Assembly (NCBI GenBank): GCA_965247115.1
Contig: CBDFGR010000002.1
Coordinates: forward strand, 1,248,001 to 1,312,000
Length of the DNA stretch: 64,000 nt
Source: Myxococcota bacterium
GTDB taxonomy: Bacteria; Myxococcota_A; UBA9160; SZUA-336
Reading direction: 5' to 3'
Below, piece after piece: positions 17,760 through 27,701 of the stretch. Under the pieces are notes generated by a model. That model was not told where the DNA came from, did not search any database, and saw only the letters and a program-made list of their open reading frames with translations. Each line of letters opens with the position of its first letter. The first letter of the stretch is position 1. Position numbers and translations under genes: made by a program.

Positions 17760-20267
17760 CTAGTAGGTGAAAGCCACCTCTACGCCAAACCTCCGCGGCG
17801 GTCCAGCGTTCCAGTCGAGATCGTTGCCGAAGACATTGATACCGAAGTTGTGATACGGGTCATTGGTGAGGTTTTTCCCGAAGACCGAGACGCTGTACCG
17901 GTCGTCCGGGGAGAAGTACGTGATCGACGCATCCCAGATGGTATAGCTGTCGACCGGAACCGTGTTCTGGTCGTTCCCCCAGGTACGATCCCGCCAGTAC
18001 ACCGAGGCCTGCAGAGCCAACGTCCCCTCCGCGAGCACGGGAACCGGGAACTCGTACCTTCCGTTCGCGCTCCAGGTCCACTCTGGAACGTAGGCGTAGT
18101 CGAGCTCTCGCCCGACTCCCCCCGGTATGTCAGCCGGAACCCACAGACCACCGGTTCCGCTTCCCTCCCCGGGATTGCTCACGTTGAGGTCCGTTATAAG
18201 CTGGGCGCCTTTGGCGCACGGTCCGATCGGTTGTGTGCTGCACACTCCCGAGAAGCTATCGTACTCCGCGTCGACCCAGCCGACCGTCGAGTTGAGGGTC
18301 AACCCCTCGATCGGCAGCCAGGTGACCTCCCCTTCGACGCCGGCGACGTGCCCCTTGGCCGCGTTCTTCTGATCTTGAACCACCCCGACCAGGATCGTGC
18401 GCTGAATGTCGTCGCCCCGGTTGTAGAAGCCGACCAGGTTCGTGCGCAGCGTGTTGTCCAGCCAGTCGCCCTTGAGACCGAACTCATAGGCGTCGATCCG
18501 CTCTTCGTCATACGGTGAGAGCGGGATCGTGTTACTCGCCCGGAGATTGTAGCCTCCGGCGCGGAAGCTGCGCGTATAGCTACCGTAGACCATAAGATCG
18601 TCGGTCACTTGATAGCGGAGTCCGGCGTGGCGACTCCAGTAGTCCCACGTGTCTTGTTCGGCCCGCAGGCTATCATCGAACCCGGTGACCGTGTTAATCC
18701 CGCGGTCGGACTCGCATTCGGTGAACACCTGGTTGCAGAGCGAATTCCCGAGAATTGACGGCCACACTTTGGCCACCTTCTCCTCCCAGGTCCAGCGCGT
18801 ACCAAGGGTCATGGTCAGCCGGTCGGTCAGCTGGTAGTCACCTTGGATAAACCACGCCCACGACTGGTGATCCAGTTGACCGCGGGAGGCCCCGAAGGCC
18901 CCCCCCAACGGGAAGGAATCAGAGGGTTCTCCAACGGTGCCAAAACCGAAGGTGCAATCCGCCGGCGGCGGATCGTCCCCGCAAGCGGGGTCGGGTTGGC
19001 CGGTACCAATTAAGATGCGTCGGTTCTCTCGGTAATCGAGATCCTGCTTGAAGTAATACACACCCGTGGTGAAGTCCAGGTTCTCTCCGACCTGCGTGGC
19101 ATAGCGGAGCTCGCTACTGACCTGCCACTGGTAAGTATCCGTCGGCCGACGTCCACTCACTCCCGTCGATCCCGTGACACCTCCCTGGAAACCGTCAATC
19201 GGCAGGCCATCGACATCGTAGGTGTTATTGACTTTCACATCGCGCCAGCCGGTGATGGATGTCAGAGTGCCAGGGCCGACGTCCCAGGTCCCCTCCACCG
19301 TCCCGCGCTGGACTTTGAAGCCCTGGTCGCCCCGGAAGTCGATCGAGAGGTCGAAGTTCGAGGTACCCACCGTATTGCCCGCAGATCCAAGGCAGCGGGT
19401 CGGGCTCGTACAGTTGTGTTGGCGTACGAAGTTGCCGTCGGAATCGTGTTGGATCACTTCATAAAGGGCCTCGATATGGATGTCTTCGGTCGGCGACCAG
19501 GAGAGCATGGGACGGACCGTCCAGCTCTTGCTGTGGCCTTGCTCTCCCCCCTGTGCCGGCGTGTCGAAGATACCGTCCCGGTCCTTGCTGAGGAGGTCGA
19601 GCTTAAACGCCAGATCCTCGGTGATGGGTCCCTCAACGGATAGAGCGCCATCCTTTCGCGAGTAGCTCCCGAGCGTAAACCGTCCCCGGACGCCGAACTC
19701 ACCCGAGGGCCGCCTGGTGCGGGCGTTGAGGGCGCCTCCGGTCACGTTGCGGCCGAACAGGGTCCCCTGCGGGCCGCGCAGGATCTCCACCATCTCGATC
19801 TCGAACAGGTCGTGGATGGCCGCGACGTTCATGCCCGCGTAGATGCCGTCCACGAAGATCCCGACGAGTGGCTCGTCCGAGGTGATGCTCGAGAACATGG
19901 CATTCCCTCGGATGGAGAAGTTCGACGTTCCCGCGGACGTCCCGACGTTGGACAGCTGCACGTTCGGAGCGCTTCGACTGATGTCTTCGAAGTCCTCGAC
20001 GAAGTTCTGCTCGAGAAAGTTCCCAGTGAACGCGCTCACCGAGATCGGAACTTCCTGCAGGGCTTCCACCCCCGCCTTCTTGCGGCCAGTGACCGTGATC
20101 TCCTCCAGGCCTCTTGGGAGGCCGCGCGCCTGTGGCTCCTCAGTTGCGACCGCCGCTGGGGCAGCCCCTTCTCCTTCGGCCTCGTCCGCTATTGCGTTCA
20201 TCGCTGGCAGCGCCAGCAAACCGACGATCGCCCAAACGAAGGCGAGCTTCTTCGAGTGCTCAAGCAT
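17760..20267 (-). CDS. TonB-dependent receptor
   Basis: Signal peptide, TonB box EEITVTG, plug motif EILRGPQGTLFGRN, C-terminal aromatic strand; RBS GAAGGAG before ATG 20267. Confidence 0.92.
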   Translation of the reverse strand: MLEHSKKLAFVWAIVGLLALPAMNAIADEAEGEGAAPAAVATEEPQARGLPRGLEEITVTGRKKAGVEALQEVPISVSAFTGNFLEQNFVEDFEDISRSAPNVQLSNVGTSAGTSNFSIRGNAMFSSITSDEPLVGIFVDGIYAGMNVAAIHDLFEIEMVEILRGPQGTLFGRNVTGGALNARTRRPSGEFGVRGRFTLGSYSRKDGALSVEGPITEDLAFKLDLLSKDRDGIFDTPAQGGEQGHSKSWTVRPMLSWSPTEDIHIEALYEVIQHDSDGNFVRQHNCTSPTRCLGSAGNTVGTSNFDLSIDFRGDQGFKVQRGTVEGTWDVGPGTLTSITGWRDVKVNNTYDVDGLPIDGFQGGVTGSTGVSGRRPTDTYQWQVSSELRYATQVGENLDFTTGVYYFKQDLDYRENRRILIGTGQPDPACGDDPPPADCTFGFGTVGEPSDSFPLGGAFGASRGQLDHQSWAWFIQGDYQLTDRLTMTLGTRWTWEEKVAKVWPSILGNSLCNQVFTECESDRGINTVTGFDDSLRAEQDTWDYWSRHAGLRYQVTDDLMVYGSYTRSFRAGGYNLRASNTIPLSPYDEERIDAYEFGLKGDWLDNTLRTNLVGFYNRGDDIQRTILVGVVQDQKNAAKGHVAGVEGEVTWLPIEGLTLNSTVGWVDAEYDSFSGVCSTQPIGPCAKGAQLITDLNVSNPGEGSGTGGLWVPADIPGGVGRELDYAYVPEWTWSANGRYEFPVPVLAEGTLALQASVYWRDRTWGNDQNTVPVDSYTIWDASITYFSPDDRYSVSVFGKNLTNDPYHNFGINVFGNDLDWNAGPPRRFGVEVAFTY

Positions 20268-20388
20268 CTTTGGGTCTCCTTCCAAGTACTTCCTGGCTAG
20301 GAATTTTACTAGGAAAAAGAGCCTGAGGATACCACCAAATTCTCTTCGAAAACGGGAGAAAATACTCGCAGCCTGCCCCATGTCGGGC

Positions 20389-21738
20389 CTATTCCAGGGA
20401 CAGGATCTCGCCTTCCAGATCCGGGGCGCGGACTCCGGTCAGGGTGGCCTCGACCAGATCGCCGACCCGGGCGGTGCCCTTCAGGAGGACCATGCCGTCC
20501 ACCTCGGGGGCTTGGGACCAGAGGCGGCCGGTCGAGCTGCTGTTCGTGCTGCTCTCCACCAGGACGCGGACTCGGCGTCCCACCTGCGCGTCCAGGGCCG
20601 CGCGCATGTGGGATTTCTGCAGGTCCATCAGGTGGCGGTGTCGCTCCCGCGCGACGCGGGCGGGCACCTTTTCCGGCAGCGTCTGCGCGCGCGTGTCTTC
20701 TTCGTCGGAGTAGCGGAAGACGCCCAGCCGATCGAAGCGGGCCTCGCGGACGAAGTCGCACAGAAGCTCGAAGTCGGCGTCCGTCTCGCCGGGGAAGCCG
20801 ACGATGAAGGTGGTGCGCAGGACCGCGTTCGGGATGCGCTCGCGCAGTTTCGCGACCAGACGTCGCTGGCGCTCGGCGGTGATTCCACGCCGCATCGCCT
20901 TCAGGATCCGATCGCTCGCGTGCTGGAGGGGCACGTCGATGTACGGCAAGAGGTGGGTTCCGCCAGCGAGCACCTCGATCAGCTCGTCGGATATCGCCGT
21001 CGGATAAAGATACAGGAGACGCACCCAGTCGAGCGACTCGACGGCGTCTAACGCTCGCGCGAGCGCCGGGATTCTGGGACGATCCGGAAGGTCCTTCCCC
21101 CAGGAGCAGGTGTCTTGTGACACGACGTTGATCTCGCGCACACCCTCGCTGCCCAGCGCCGTAGCCTCCGCCACGATGGAGTCGAGCGAACGGCTCTGGA
21201 AGCGGCCGCGAATTCCGGGAATGGCGCAGAAGGCGCAGATCCGATCACAGCCCTCCGCGATCTTGACGTAGGCGCTGTGCCGGGGGCCGATCAGCAGCCG
21301 CGGGCTGTTTTCGTCGTAGAGGTGGGTGCGGCCGGCATCCACGTATACGCCTCTCTCGCCGCCTCCGAGCGCCCGGTCCAGGATGCTCACGATGTCCGGA
21401 AAGTCCCCGGTCCCCACGAACGCGTCCACCTCGGGGAGCTCCTTCGCCAGCTCCTGGCCGTAGCGCTGAGGCAGGCAACCTGCGACGACCAGCGCTCTGA
21501 GACGACCTCCTTGCTTCAGCTCGGCGAGCTCCAGGATCGTATCGATCGACTCCTCCCTGGCCGGCTGGATGAACGAGCAGGTGTTGACCACCGCCACGTC
21601 CGCATCGTCGAGCTCCTCTGCGATGAGGTAGCCTCCGAGGGCGAGCGAGCCGAGCATGACCTCGCTGTCCACCTGGTTCTTGGCGCAGCCGAGGCTGCGA
21701 AAGTGGACTCGGGGTCTTGTCTCCAGCGGATGCGTCAC
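20389..21738 (-). CDS. rimO: Ribosomal protein S12 methylthiotransferase
   Basis: SLGCAKNQVDSE, NTCSFI, GCL.QRY, radical SAM CxxxCxxC (EGCDRICAFCAIP), APEVDG TRAM domain. Confidence 0.93.
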   Translation of the reverse strand: MTHPLETRPRVHFRSLGCAKNQVDSEVMLGSLALGGYLIAEELDDADVAVVNTCSFIQPAREESIDTILELAELKQGGRLRALVVAGCLPQRYGQELAKELPEVDAFVGTGDFPDIVSILDRALGGGERGVYVDAGRTHLYDENSPRLLIGPRHSAYVKIAEGCDRICAFCAIPGIRGRFQSRSLDSIVAEATALGSEGVREINVVSQDTCSWGKDLPDRPRIPALARALDAVESLDWVRLLYLYPTAISDELIEVLAGGTHLLPYIDVPLQHASDRILKAMRRGITAERQRRLVAKLRERIPNAVLRTTFIVGFPGETDADFELLCDFVREARFDRLGVFRYSDEEDTRAQTLPEKVPARVARERHRHLMDLQKSHMRAALDAQVGRRVRVLVESSTNSSSTGRLWSQAPEVDGMVLLKGTARVGDLVEATLTGVRAPDLEGEILSLE

Positions 21739-21797
21739 GCGTGGAGAGTACCCCGTGCAAGTTGGACAGGCGAGGCCACATGGTAATCTCTCGCACG

Positions 21798-22283
21798 ATG
21801 CGAATCGGCGTGCTCGGCTGTACTCATGACAAGCTCGCGAACGTCGCGAAGATCGTCGACCTGTTCAACGCCGCGAACGTGGAGCGGGTCGTGCATACCG
21901 GAGACATCACCACTGCACGCACGCTCGAGCTGCTGGCGGGAATCCGCGCGCCTCTCTACGGGGTGTACGGAAACAACGACGTCGAGCGGGATACTCTCGA
22001 ACACAGCGCTATGCGCTTCGGCATGCACCTGGCTGACCCCCCGCTGCGCCTGTCGTGGTTCGAGCGAGAGCTCTCCGTGGTACACGATCCTGCGACAATC
22101 ACGGCTGCCCTACGGGAGGGAAGCGATGTCGTGCTGCAGGGTCACACACACCGCCGGCTGATCGAGCGCGAGAACGGGCGTCTCTGTTTCAACCCTGGCG
22201 AGTGCGCAGGCACGCTCGAGGGCCACAACACGGTCGGAGTCGTCGACCTCGCGGACCTCACGATCGAGCTCCTACACTTCTGA
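21798..22283 (+). CDS. YfcE/MJ0936-family metallophosphoesterase
   Basis: HTGD, GNND, GHTH and NPGE motifs; first motif reads GCTHD instead of SDTH. Confidence 0.85.
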   Translation: MRIGVLGCTHDKLANVAKIVDLFNAANVERVVHTGDITTARTLELLAGIRAPLYGVYGNNDVERDTLEHSAMRFGMHLADPPLRLSWFERELSVVHDPATITAALREGSDVVLQGHTHRRLIERENGRLCFNPGECAGTLEGHNTVGVVDLADLTIELLHF

Positions 22284-22285
22284 GC

Positions 22286-22915
22286 GTGGTGGGAGAGCTG
22301 CTCGAGATCGCGGACCGCATGCGAGCACTCGCCACGACCGGCCTCCACTACGCGGAGACCGAATTTGATCGCGAGCGCTATCAAAAGCTGATGGGGCTCG
22401 CGGCTCGCCTGGCCGCACTCGGGGAGGGCAGCGATCCCGAGCAGGTCGAGCGGATCTACCGCAGGGTCGACGACGGCTACGTCACGCCGAAGCTCGACGT
22501 GCGCATGGCCATCTTTCGCGGAGATACGATCCTGCTGGTCCGCGAGCGCGCCGACGGGTGCTGGGCGATGCCGGGCGGCTATGTCGACGTGGGAGACAGC
22601 CCGTCGGAGGCCGCGGTCCGGGAGACCGCCGAAGAGGCGGGCCTGGACGTGCTCGTTCGTGGCCTGGTGGGCGTATTTGACGGTCGGCTGCAACCGGATG
22701 CCCCGGCCCACCTGTTCCACATCCACAAGCTCGTCTTCACTGGCGAGTCCAGGGACCCGGACGCCAGACCGGCGGCGGGGCACGAAACCACCGATGCTCA
22801 GTTCTGCCCGCTCGACGCACTGCCTGAGCTCTCGCTAGGCCGCACACTTCCACTCCATATCCGCGAGGCAAAGCGGGTGGCGGAGGATCCCTCGGAGTTG
22901 CCCTATTTCGACTGA
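22286..22915 (+). CDS. NUDIX hydrolase with N-terminal helical domain (ADP-ribose pyrophosphatase-like)
   Basis: GL.Y....FDRERY, GYVTPKLDVR, Nudix box PGG......S.SEAAVRETAEEAG. Confidence 0.9.
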   Translation: MVGELLEIADRMRALATTGLHYAETEFDRERYQKLMGLAARLAALGEGSDPEQVERIYRRVDDGYVTPKLDVRMAIFRGDTILLVRERADGCWAMPGGYVDVGDSPSEAAVRETAEEAGLDVLVRGLVGVFDGRLQPDAPAHLFHIHKLVFTGESRDPDARPAAGHETTDAQFCPLDALPELSLGRTLPLHIREAKRVAEDPSELPYFD

Positions 22916-23031
22916 TCCGAGCGATCGCCTGCACCCGCCGAGTACGCCGCTCACACGCGCAAACGCGCGACGTCCTGACGAAGAGAGCGCCTCGTTTTCA
23001 ACGCCCTTGTTGAGCGCGCGATAGAGCCTCT

Positions 23032-24537
23032 CTACCCTCGCTGCCGAATGAGGAGCGAAGACCCCGCAGTCCTCTCGGCGCACGTCCTGGTGGTCGAGGA
23101 CGAGGCGCTCAGCCGTCGCTCGGTCGAACGGGCCCTGAAGGGGATGGGCTGCGCCACCTCGGCAGTCGGCAACGCGAGCGAGGCGCTCGAGGTCGTTGCT
23201 GGCGGAGGCATCGATGTCGTCCTCGCCGACCTCAAGCTGCCGGGGATGGACGGACTGGAGCTGATCCGCCGCATCGTCGGACCCTCCGCGGCACCCAGAG
23301 GGCGGGGCTTGTGATCCCCTTTTAATTCCATTACTTGCGAACTTCCCGCCCGATTCTCTTGAGCGGCAGCAGGGGAGAGGGGCCGTATAGGGCCGTCCAG
23401 GGCCGCCGAGAGCGCATTCTCGAAGCCCCGGCTCTCGCTAGGCATGAAGTGGCCGTAGGTGTCCAAGAGCAGCTTGGCCGTGCTCCATCCGCCCTGCTCC
23501 TGAATCCACTTGAGCGGCGTACCCCGCGCCATGTGGAGGCTGGCCCAGGTGTGCCGGAGATCATGGGGCGTGGCGCGCCGTCCGGGTCCCAGGGCTTCCC
23601 GGACGATCCGGGGGAACGCTTTCTGCCCGAAGAGCTTCCACGAGAGAAACCCGCCGGTGGCCCCAGTGAACACCAAGTGCTCGGGTCCGACCGGGAAGAC
23701 CGGCGGCCTTTCCGTAAGCAACACCCCCTGCAAGCGCGTGGAAAGAGCCACAATTCGTTCTCGCTTCGTCTTGGTCGGCCCGAGATTCCGGCCGCTGGAG
23801 AGACTCCGGCAGATTCGGGCCCAGCCCGCCTCCACGTCCACATCAACCCAGCGCAGGGCGGCCGCCTCCCCGAGGCGGCACCCCGTCTCCGCCAGGAACA
23901 GCACGAGCGGATAGAACCGCGGATACAGACCGCGCGCCGCGTCCAGCACGCGCTCCCGCCCTTCCCAGCTCAGCACGCGCTCCCGCGCCACGGGCCTGGT
24001 GGATGTGCCGCGGCCCTTGGGCCTGCGGGCCTTCCAGTCGGCGACGGCATTGCTCGCGACCCAATCGCGCTGCTGGGCGAATGAAAGCACGAGCCCCAGC
24101 ACCATCAGCAGCATCTTGATCGACCGAGCGCTCCGGGGCCGCCCGCTGTCGACACAGTGATCATAGAGAGCCTGGACCTTCACCGCGCCGATCGACCGCG
24201 CGTCCTGGTCGCCAAAGTACGGAATCAGATGGACCTCGATGTCGTTGCGGTAGCGCGCGGCCGTGCCCGGCGCGAGATGGCCCTGATGACCGCGCTCGAG
24301 GGGCAGCTCGACCTCCAACCGCAGCCACTCCCGAGCCGCCTCGCGAAACGGCACCGGAGTGGAGCCGCCGGATTTCGCCTCCAGCCCCAACGCGAGCCGG
24401 TGGTTGATCTCCTCCGCCACCTTTCCCGCGCGGCGCTTATCCGCAGCCGTCTTGCCGAAGCGCTTCTTCGTGCGCTTGCCCTGGTGGTGGACTACGACCC
24501 ACCACGCGCTGTTGATCTGCCGAACCTTGGCGGACAT
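23032..24537 (-). CDS. int: Tyrosine recombinase/phage integrase (ORF reads through attL)
   Basis: Arm-binding-like N-terminus; catalytic R (TGCRLGE), K (TKTK), HDLRH, W (GGW) and Y (TYGH) all present. Confidence 0.93.
   Translation of the reverse strand: MSAKVRQINSAWWVVVHHQGKRTKKRFGKTAADKRRAGKVAEEINHRLALGLEAKSGGSTPVPFREAAREWLRLEVELPLERGHQGHLAPGTAARYRNDIEVHLIPYFGDQDARSIGAVKVQALYDHCVDSGRPRSARSIKMLLMVLGLVLSFAQQRDWVASNAVADWKARRPKGRGTSTRPVARERVLSWEGRERVLDAARGLYPRFYPLVLFLAETGCRLGEAAALRWVDVDVEAGWARICRSLSSGRNLGPTKTKRERIVALSTRLQGVLLTERPPVFPVGPEHLVFTGATGGFLSWKLFGQKAFPRIVREALGPGRRATPHDLRHTWASLHMARGTPLKWIQEQGGWSTAKLLLDTYGHFMPSESRGFENALSAALDGPIRPLSPAAAQENRAGSSQVMELKGDHKPRPLGAAEGPTMRRISSSPSIPGSLRSARTTSMPPPATTSSASLALPTAEVAQPIPFRARSTERRLSASSSTTRTCAERTAGSSLLIRQRG
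23048..23280 (+). pseudogene. 5' part (receiver N-terminus) of an NtrC-family sigma54 response regulator interrupted by the integrated element
   Basis: VLVVEDE and DVVLADLKLPGMDGLELIRRIVG; homology stops at the att core; the frame continues at 63076. Confidence 0.9.
23263..23280 (+). repeat. attL core GATCCGCCGCATCGTCGG
   Basis: Identical to 63076-63093. Confidence 0.92.
23376..23406 (+). repeat. Putative integrase arm-type sites (left): tandem GGGCCGT(ATA/CCA) units
   Basis: AGAGGGGCCGTATAGGGCCGT at 23376-23396 is identical to 62965-62985; ~95 bp inside attL. Confidence 0.75.
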
Positions 24538-24731
24538 TACTTCAGCCTTCCCCTTCCACTGCTCTCACGATGGCCTCAAGCACAACACGATTCGTCATCG
24601 AGGATCGAGTAGTAGATCACAATCGGATCGGCTTCCCGGACCGCGTCTGTAGTAGGCCACGCCCAAATCGCCGGGTTTAGAGGCGCGGCAAGAACCGTGG
24701 CAGTTTTCGTGCCATCTTCGCATCGGGCCCC

Positions 24732-24986
24732 TCAATCTCCAAGCGCCTCCAGCATACTCCCCGCGTCCCGCTCGGTGTCCCGAGTCTGCTCTCGAGCCCG
24801 CTCCGCCGCCCAGCGCCGGACCGCGTCCACCGGGATGAGCGTGCGGTGGCCGAGCGAGAAATGGGGGATCTGCGAGAGATGATCCCGGAGATGGCGCTCA
24901 CTGACCCCGAGCGCCTGCGCCGCCTCCCTGAGCCCGAGGGCAACCCGGTTGGCGAGGTCGAGCGTGGGAGCCGATTCGCTCTTCAT
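24732..24986 (-). CDS. Excisionase-like helix-turn-helix protein
   Basis: LGLREAAQALGVSERHLR..L..IPHFSLGHRTLIP..AV..W; immediately upstream of int. Confidence 0.8.
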   Translation of the reverse strand: MKSESAPTLDLANRVALGLREAAQALGVSERHLRDHLSQIPHFSLGHRTLIPVDAVRRWAAERAREQTRDTERDAGSMLEALGD

Positions 24987-25360
24987 GCGGCGTCCTCCTC
25001 CACCCGCACAACGACATGCTGCATCGCGCGCCGCGGCGCCTTGCGCCAGTGGTAGTCGGGATGCCCGCCCACGAAGTTTCGGGGCTTGTCGTCTTCGAGC
25101 ACGCGGGCGGCGACCAGGCCGTCCAAGAGCGGCTTGAAGCTGTGCACGAGGTTGTCGTAGTCGGGTTCTTGCATCGAGACCCGGATGCACGTGACGCCAG
25201 CATGAGAGAGCGGCGCGGAAGGCGCGCGCGTCGCGAAGCGCCAGTGCACCGCCTGCTTCCAGACGCGGTCCTCGCGATGGACCTGCGCCCAGTGCGCCCG
25301 GCGGCGATGAGACTGGAGCGGTGGTAGGCCGTGGAAGATGGCCTCGGCTCGGTAGCTCAT
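24983..25360 (-). CDS. RusA-like Holliday junction resolvase (phage)
   Basis: PDYDNL...KPLLDGL....LEDD acidic motif pattern of the RusA family. Confidence 0.7.
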   Translation of the reverse strand: MSYRAEAIFHGLPPLQSHRRRAHWAQVHREDRVWKQAVHWRFATRAPSAPLSHAGVTCIRVSMQEPDYDNLVHSFKPLLDGLVAARVLEDDKPRNFVGGHPDYHWRKAPRRAMQHVVVRVEEDAA

Positions 25361-25368
25361 TCGGAGAC

Positions 25369-25590
25369 TCACCTGCCCTCGACCGTGACGCGCAGCTTCG
25401 CCTGGATCCGGTCGCACGCTTCTTCGCTGCGCGCGAGGTTCTTGTATGCATACCGCTGCACCGAAAGCAGGTCGGCGTGTTTGCCGTAGTTGGAGATCAG
25501 CCAATTCACCCGGTTCACCCCCGCCTGCGCGAGGCGCACATCGCGCTCCGCTGCCTTGACCTCCTCCTCTTCGCTGGGCCGCGACATCAC
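25369..25590 (-). CDS. Phage hypothetical protein
   Basis: Small ORF co-oriented within the early-gene cluster; no recognisable motif. Confidence 0.45.
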   Translation of the reverse strand: MMSRPSEEEEVKAAERDVRLAQAGVNRVNWLISNYGKHADLLSVQRYAYKNLARSEEACDRIQAKLRVTVEGR

Positions 25591-25629
25591 GTCGCTCCGC
25601 TGGTCATCGGCATGAGATTTCCTCCTCCT

Positions 25630-25828
25630 TCATCGGTCCGCCCGTCGCATCCGCGCAGCGCGCGGATCCAACGCGAACAGCCCCACCGCTCCCAGCGCGT
25701 ACTCCCAGCCCTTCACGATCAAGACCTCCTTCATCAGGCTCTCGTTCTCGTCGGTCCGGAGCGACACCACCAGATCCGCCTTGTGATCCCCGAAGCGCCC
25801 CTTGGTGCGGCCTTCCTTGTTCAGCTCT
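25630..25828 (-). pseudogene. 3' remnant of a phage hypothetical gene
   Basis: Open frame abutting the decapitated resolvase at ~25828; no credible start. Confidence 0.35.
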
Positions 25829-26341
25829 GGCATCTCCGGAGCGAGGGCATCTCGTCCGGCCCTGGATCGGCTTCTCTACGGCGCTCGACGAAGGCAGTTC
25901 GACGCCGTGGTAGTCTGGAAGCTCGACCGGCTGGGACGCTCGCTCCGTCATCTGCTCGAACTGGTGGACGAGCTAAAGGCGATCGGGGTCGGGCTCGCCT
26001 CTCTCAGGGACCCCGGATTCGACACGACCACCCCCCAGGGGGAGCTCGTATTTCACGTGCTCGCGGCCGTAGGACAGTTCGAGCGGGAACTCATCAGAGA
26101 GCGCATCCGAGCGGGGCTTGCCCGAGCCAAGCGGTGCCCCAAGAAGGGTAAGAAGCGGCCCGGTCGCCCCAGGAGGGTCCGGCTCGATCTCGATGCCGCC
26201 CAGCGACTGATCGCCCAGGGGAGACCCCTGGCGGCGGTAGCCCGGCAGCTGCGGGTGTCGCGGGGGGCTCTCCGCTACCGGCTTGAAGTCGACGTCCGTC
26301 GCTCCAACCGAGATCTGAATAGATCTACGATCAGCGGCTGA
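25829..26341 (+). pseudogene. Serine resolvase/invertase lacking its N-terminal catalytic segment
   Basis: GISG...RPAL, VVVWKLDRLGRS, FERELIRER..AGL..A and C-terminal HTH present; no Y.RVS motif upstream. Confidence 0.8.
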
Positions 26342-26580
26342 TGTCGACTCGTGACAGATTCGTCTGGAGCCCTGAGACCGGGATGCCAAAGGTTACGGGG
26401 CTGTTCAGCCGCATCTCCGACCTCCCCGAGTCCGTGCAGCAGCGCCTGACGGAAGCGCAGCAGCGCAGGTGGATGGAGGTGTTCAACTCGACCTTCGCGC
26501 AGATGTTCGCGGACGACGAGGGCGACCTCGAGGAGAGGAAGGCCGCCGCGTTCCGAGCGGCTGACAAGTCAGTCAGATAG
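26341..26580 (+). CDS. ChaB-like protein
   Basis: SDLPESVQ..L...QQRRWMEVFN......AFRAA...V resembles the ChaB family pattern. Confidence 0.6.
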   Translation: MSTRDRFVWSPETGMPKVTGLFSRISDLPESVQQRLTEAQQRRWMEVFNSTFAQMFADDEGDLEERKAAAFRAADKSVR

Positions 26581-26696
26581 AAGGAGAGCGGTTGCCGGGG
26601 TCTTTGGCGCGGCTGGCTGATACCTCCCGCCCACCCGGCGTTCCAAGCACCCGCCGCGGCGCTGGACAGCACCGGCAGAAAACCGGCAGGCGAAAC

Positions 26697-26842
26697 CATC
26701 AGGTTTCGGCCAGCTCCTAGCTGGGATGAGCCGGATCGAGCGAGTCAGAGCCCGACAGCCTCAACTCCCTCCGCACTCGATCCGCGTGCCCGGTTGCACC
26801 CATCTCGCTGTAGAGCGCGTGGGCTTCGCGGAGCTGGCGCTC
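26697..26842 (+). repeat. 146-bp imperfect direct repeat, copy 1
   Basis: First 25 nt (CATCAGGTTTCGGCCAGCTCCTAGC) identical to 44929-44953; colinear thereafter. Confidence 0.85.
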
Positions 26843-27186
26843 ACGGCCGGCCTCGTGGTCGATGGCGCGACCTTACCTGCTGCTTCTGGGGGACGCGGGG
26901 ACGATCAGACAGTCGTCAGACGGAGCTCGTCGAGGCGCCTCTGCCGAGAGAGCGCTCCGGTGCTTGCGATGAGGCTCGCGATGAGGTCGAGGTCGGCCTC
27001 CAGGCGGTACGCGCGGTCCGTCTGGACCCGTGCCCGCACCAACGCCAACCTCGCATCGATCTCCTGGGTCAGCGCCTCCCTGCCCGGCGCCGTCGCCACA
27101 TCGAGCGCCCGCTCCGCCGACTCGAGCGCCCGCTCCAGCTCGCCGCACCCTAGCAGCGCCTCCGCGAGGCAGGCCCTCCTGAGCAT
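26717..27186 (-). pseudogene. Decayed C-terminal TPR tail of an adenylate cyclase/AAA-TPR family protein
   Basis: LAEALL, LREAHALYSEMGATGHADRV..EL; internal stop and frameshift; paralog of 44949-45137. Confidence 0.55.
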
Positions 27187-27701
27187 CGGGTGGCGTACTC
27201 CTTCCTGCCCGGCCTTCGGCCGAGCTCCAGTTGTTTGGTTTCAACTGGAAGGATACGCCGCCTTCTTCATTCCCTCGATCCACAACTTCTGGTCATAACC
27301 CAGGTCGAACCGAAAGGCAGTCCTCGATGCAGCGCTTGGGGGTGGGGTAACGACGCGGTCGCTGAAGGGCGTTTGCATCGGCAAGTGGGCATGGCTCTAG
27401 ACGCCTCGGAGCCGAACGAGTGATATAGATCTACTCCGCAGCAAGCTTGACCTGGGCGCGGTCTTTATCCCCTTCATTCTCTGCCCTGAGTCGCTTTCGC
27501 CGCCTGAGCCTGTTTATTCTCTTTCACCCCCGAAAGCGACCACGAAAGAGCGAACCTGGTCACGACCATTGCCTATCCCCGGCCTGGATCATTTCCGGTG
27601 GGCTCGGGCCCGACCGACGATTGTAATCCCCTGCTGGGCCCGGCATGCTTGACCCGAGCCCCCCCGAGAAGCGTAGGCGAGTTTCTTAACCTCAGGAGAC
27701 G

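Noticed and set aside
23263..23280. att core as part of a tRNA or tmRNA gene
   Set aside because: No cloverleaf or T-loop motif; the core lies in protein-coding sequence
25802..26341. Functional invertase controlling an invertible segment
   Set aside because: The catalytic N-terminus is missing and no flanking inverted repeats were found
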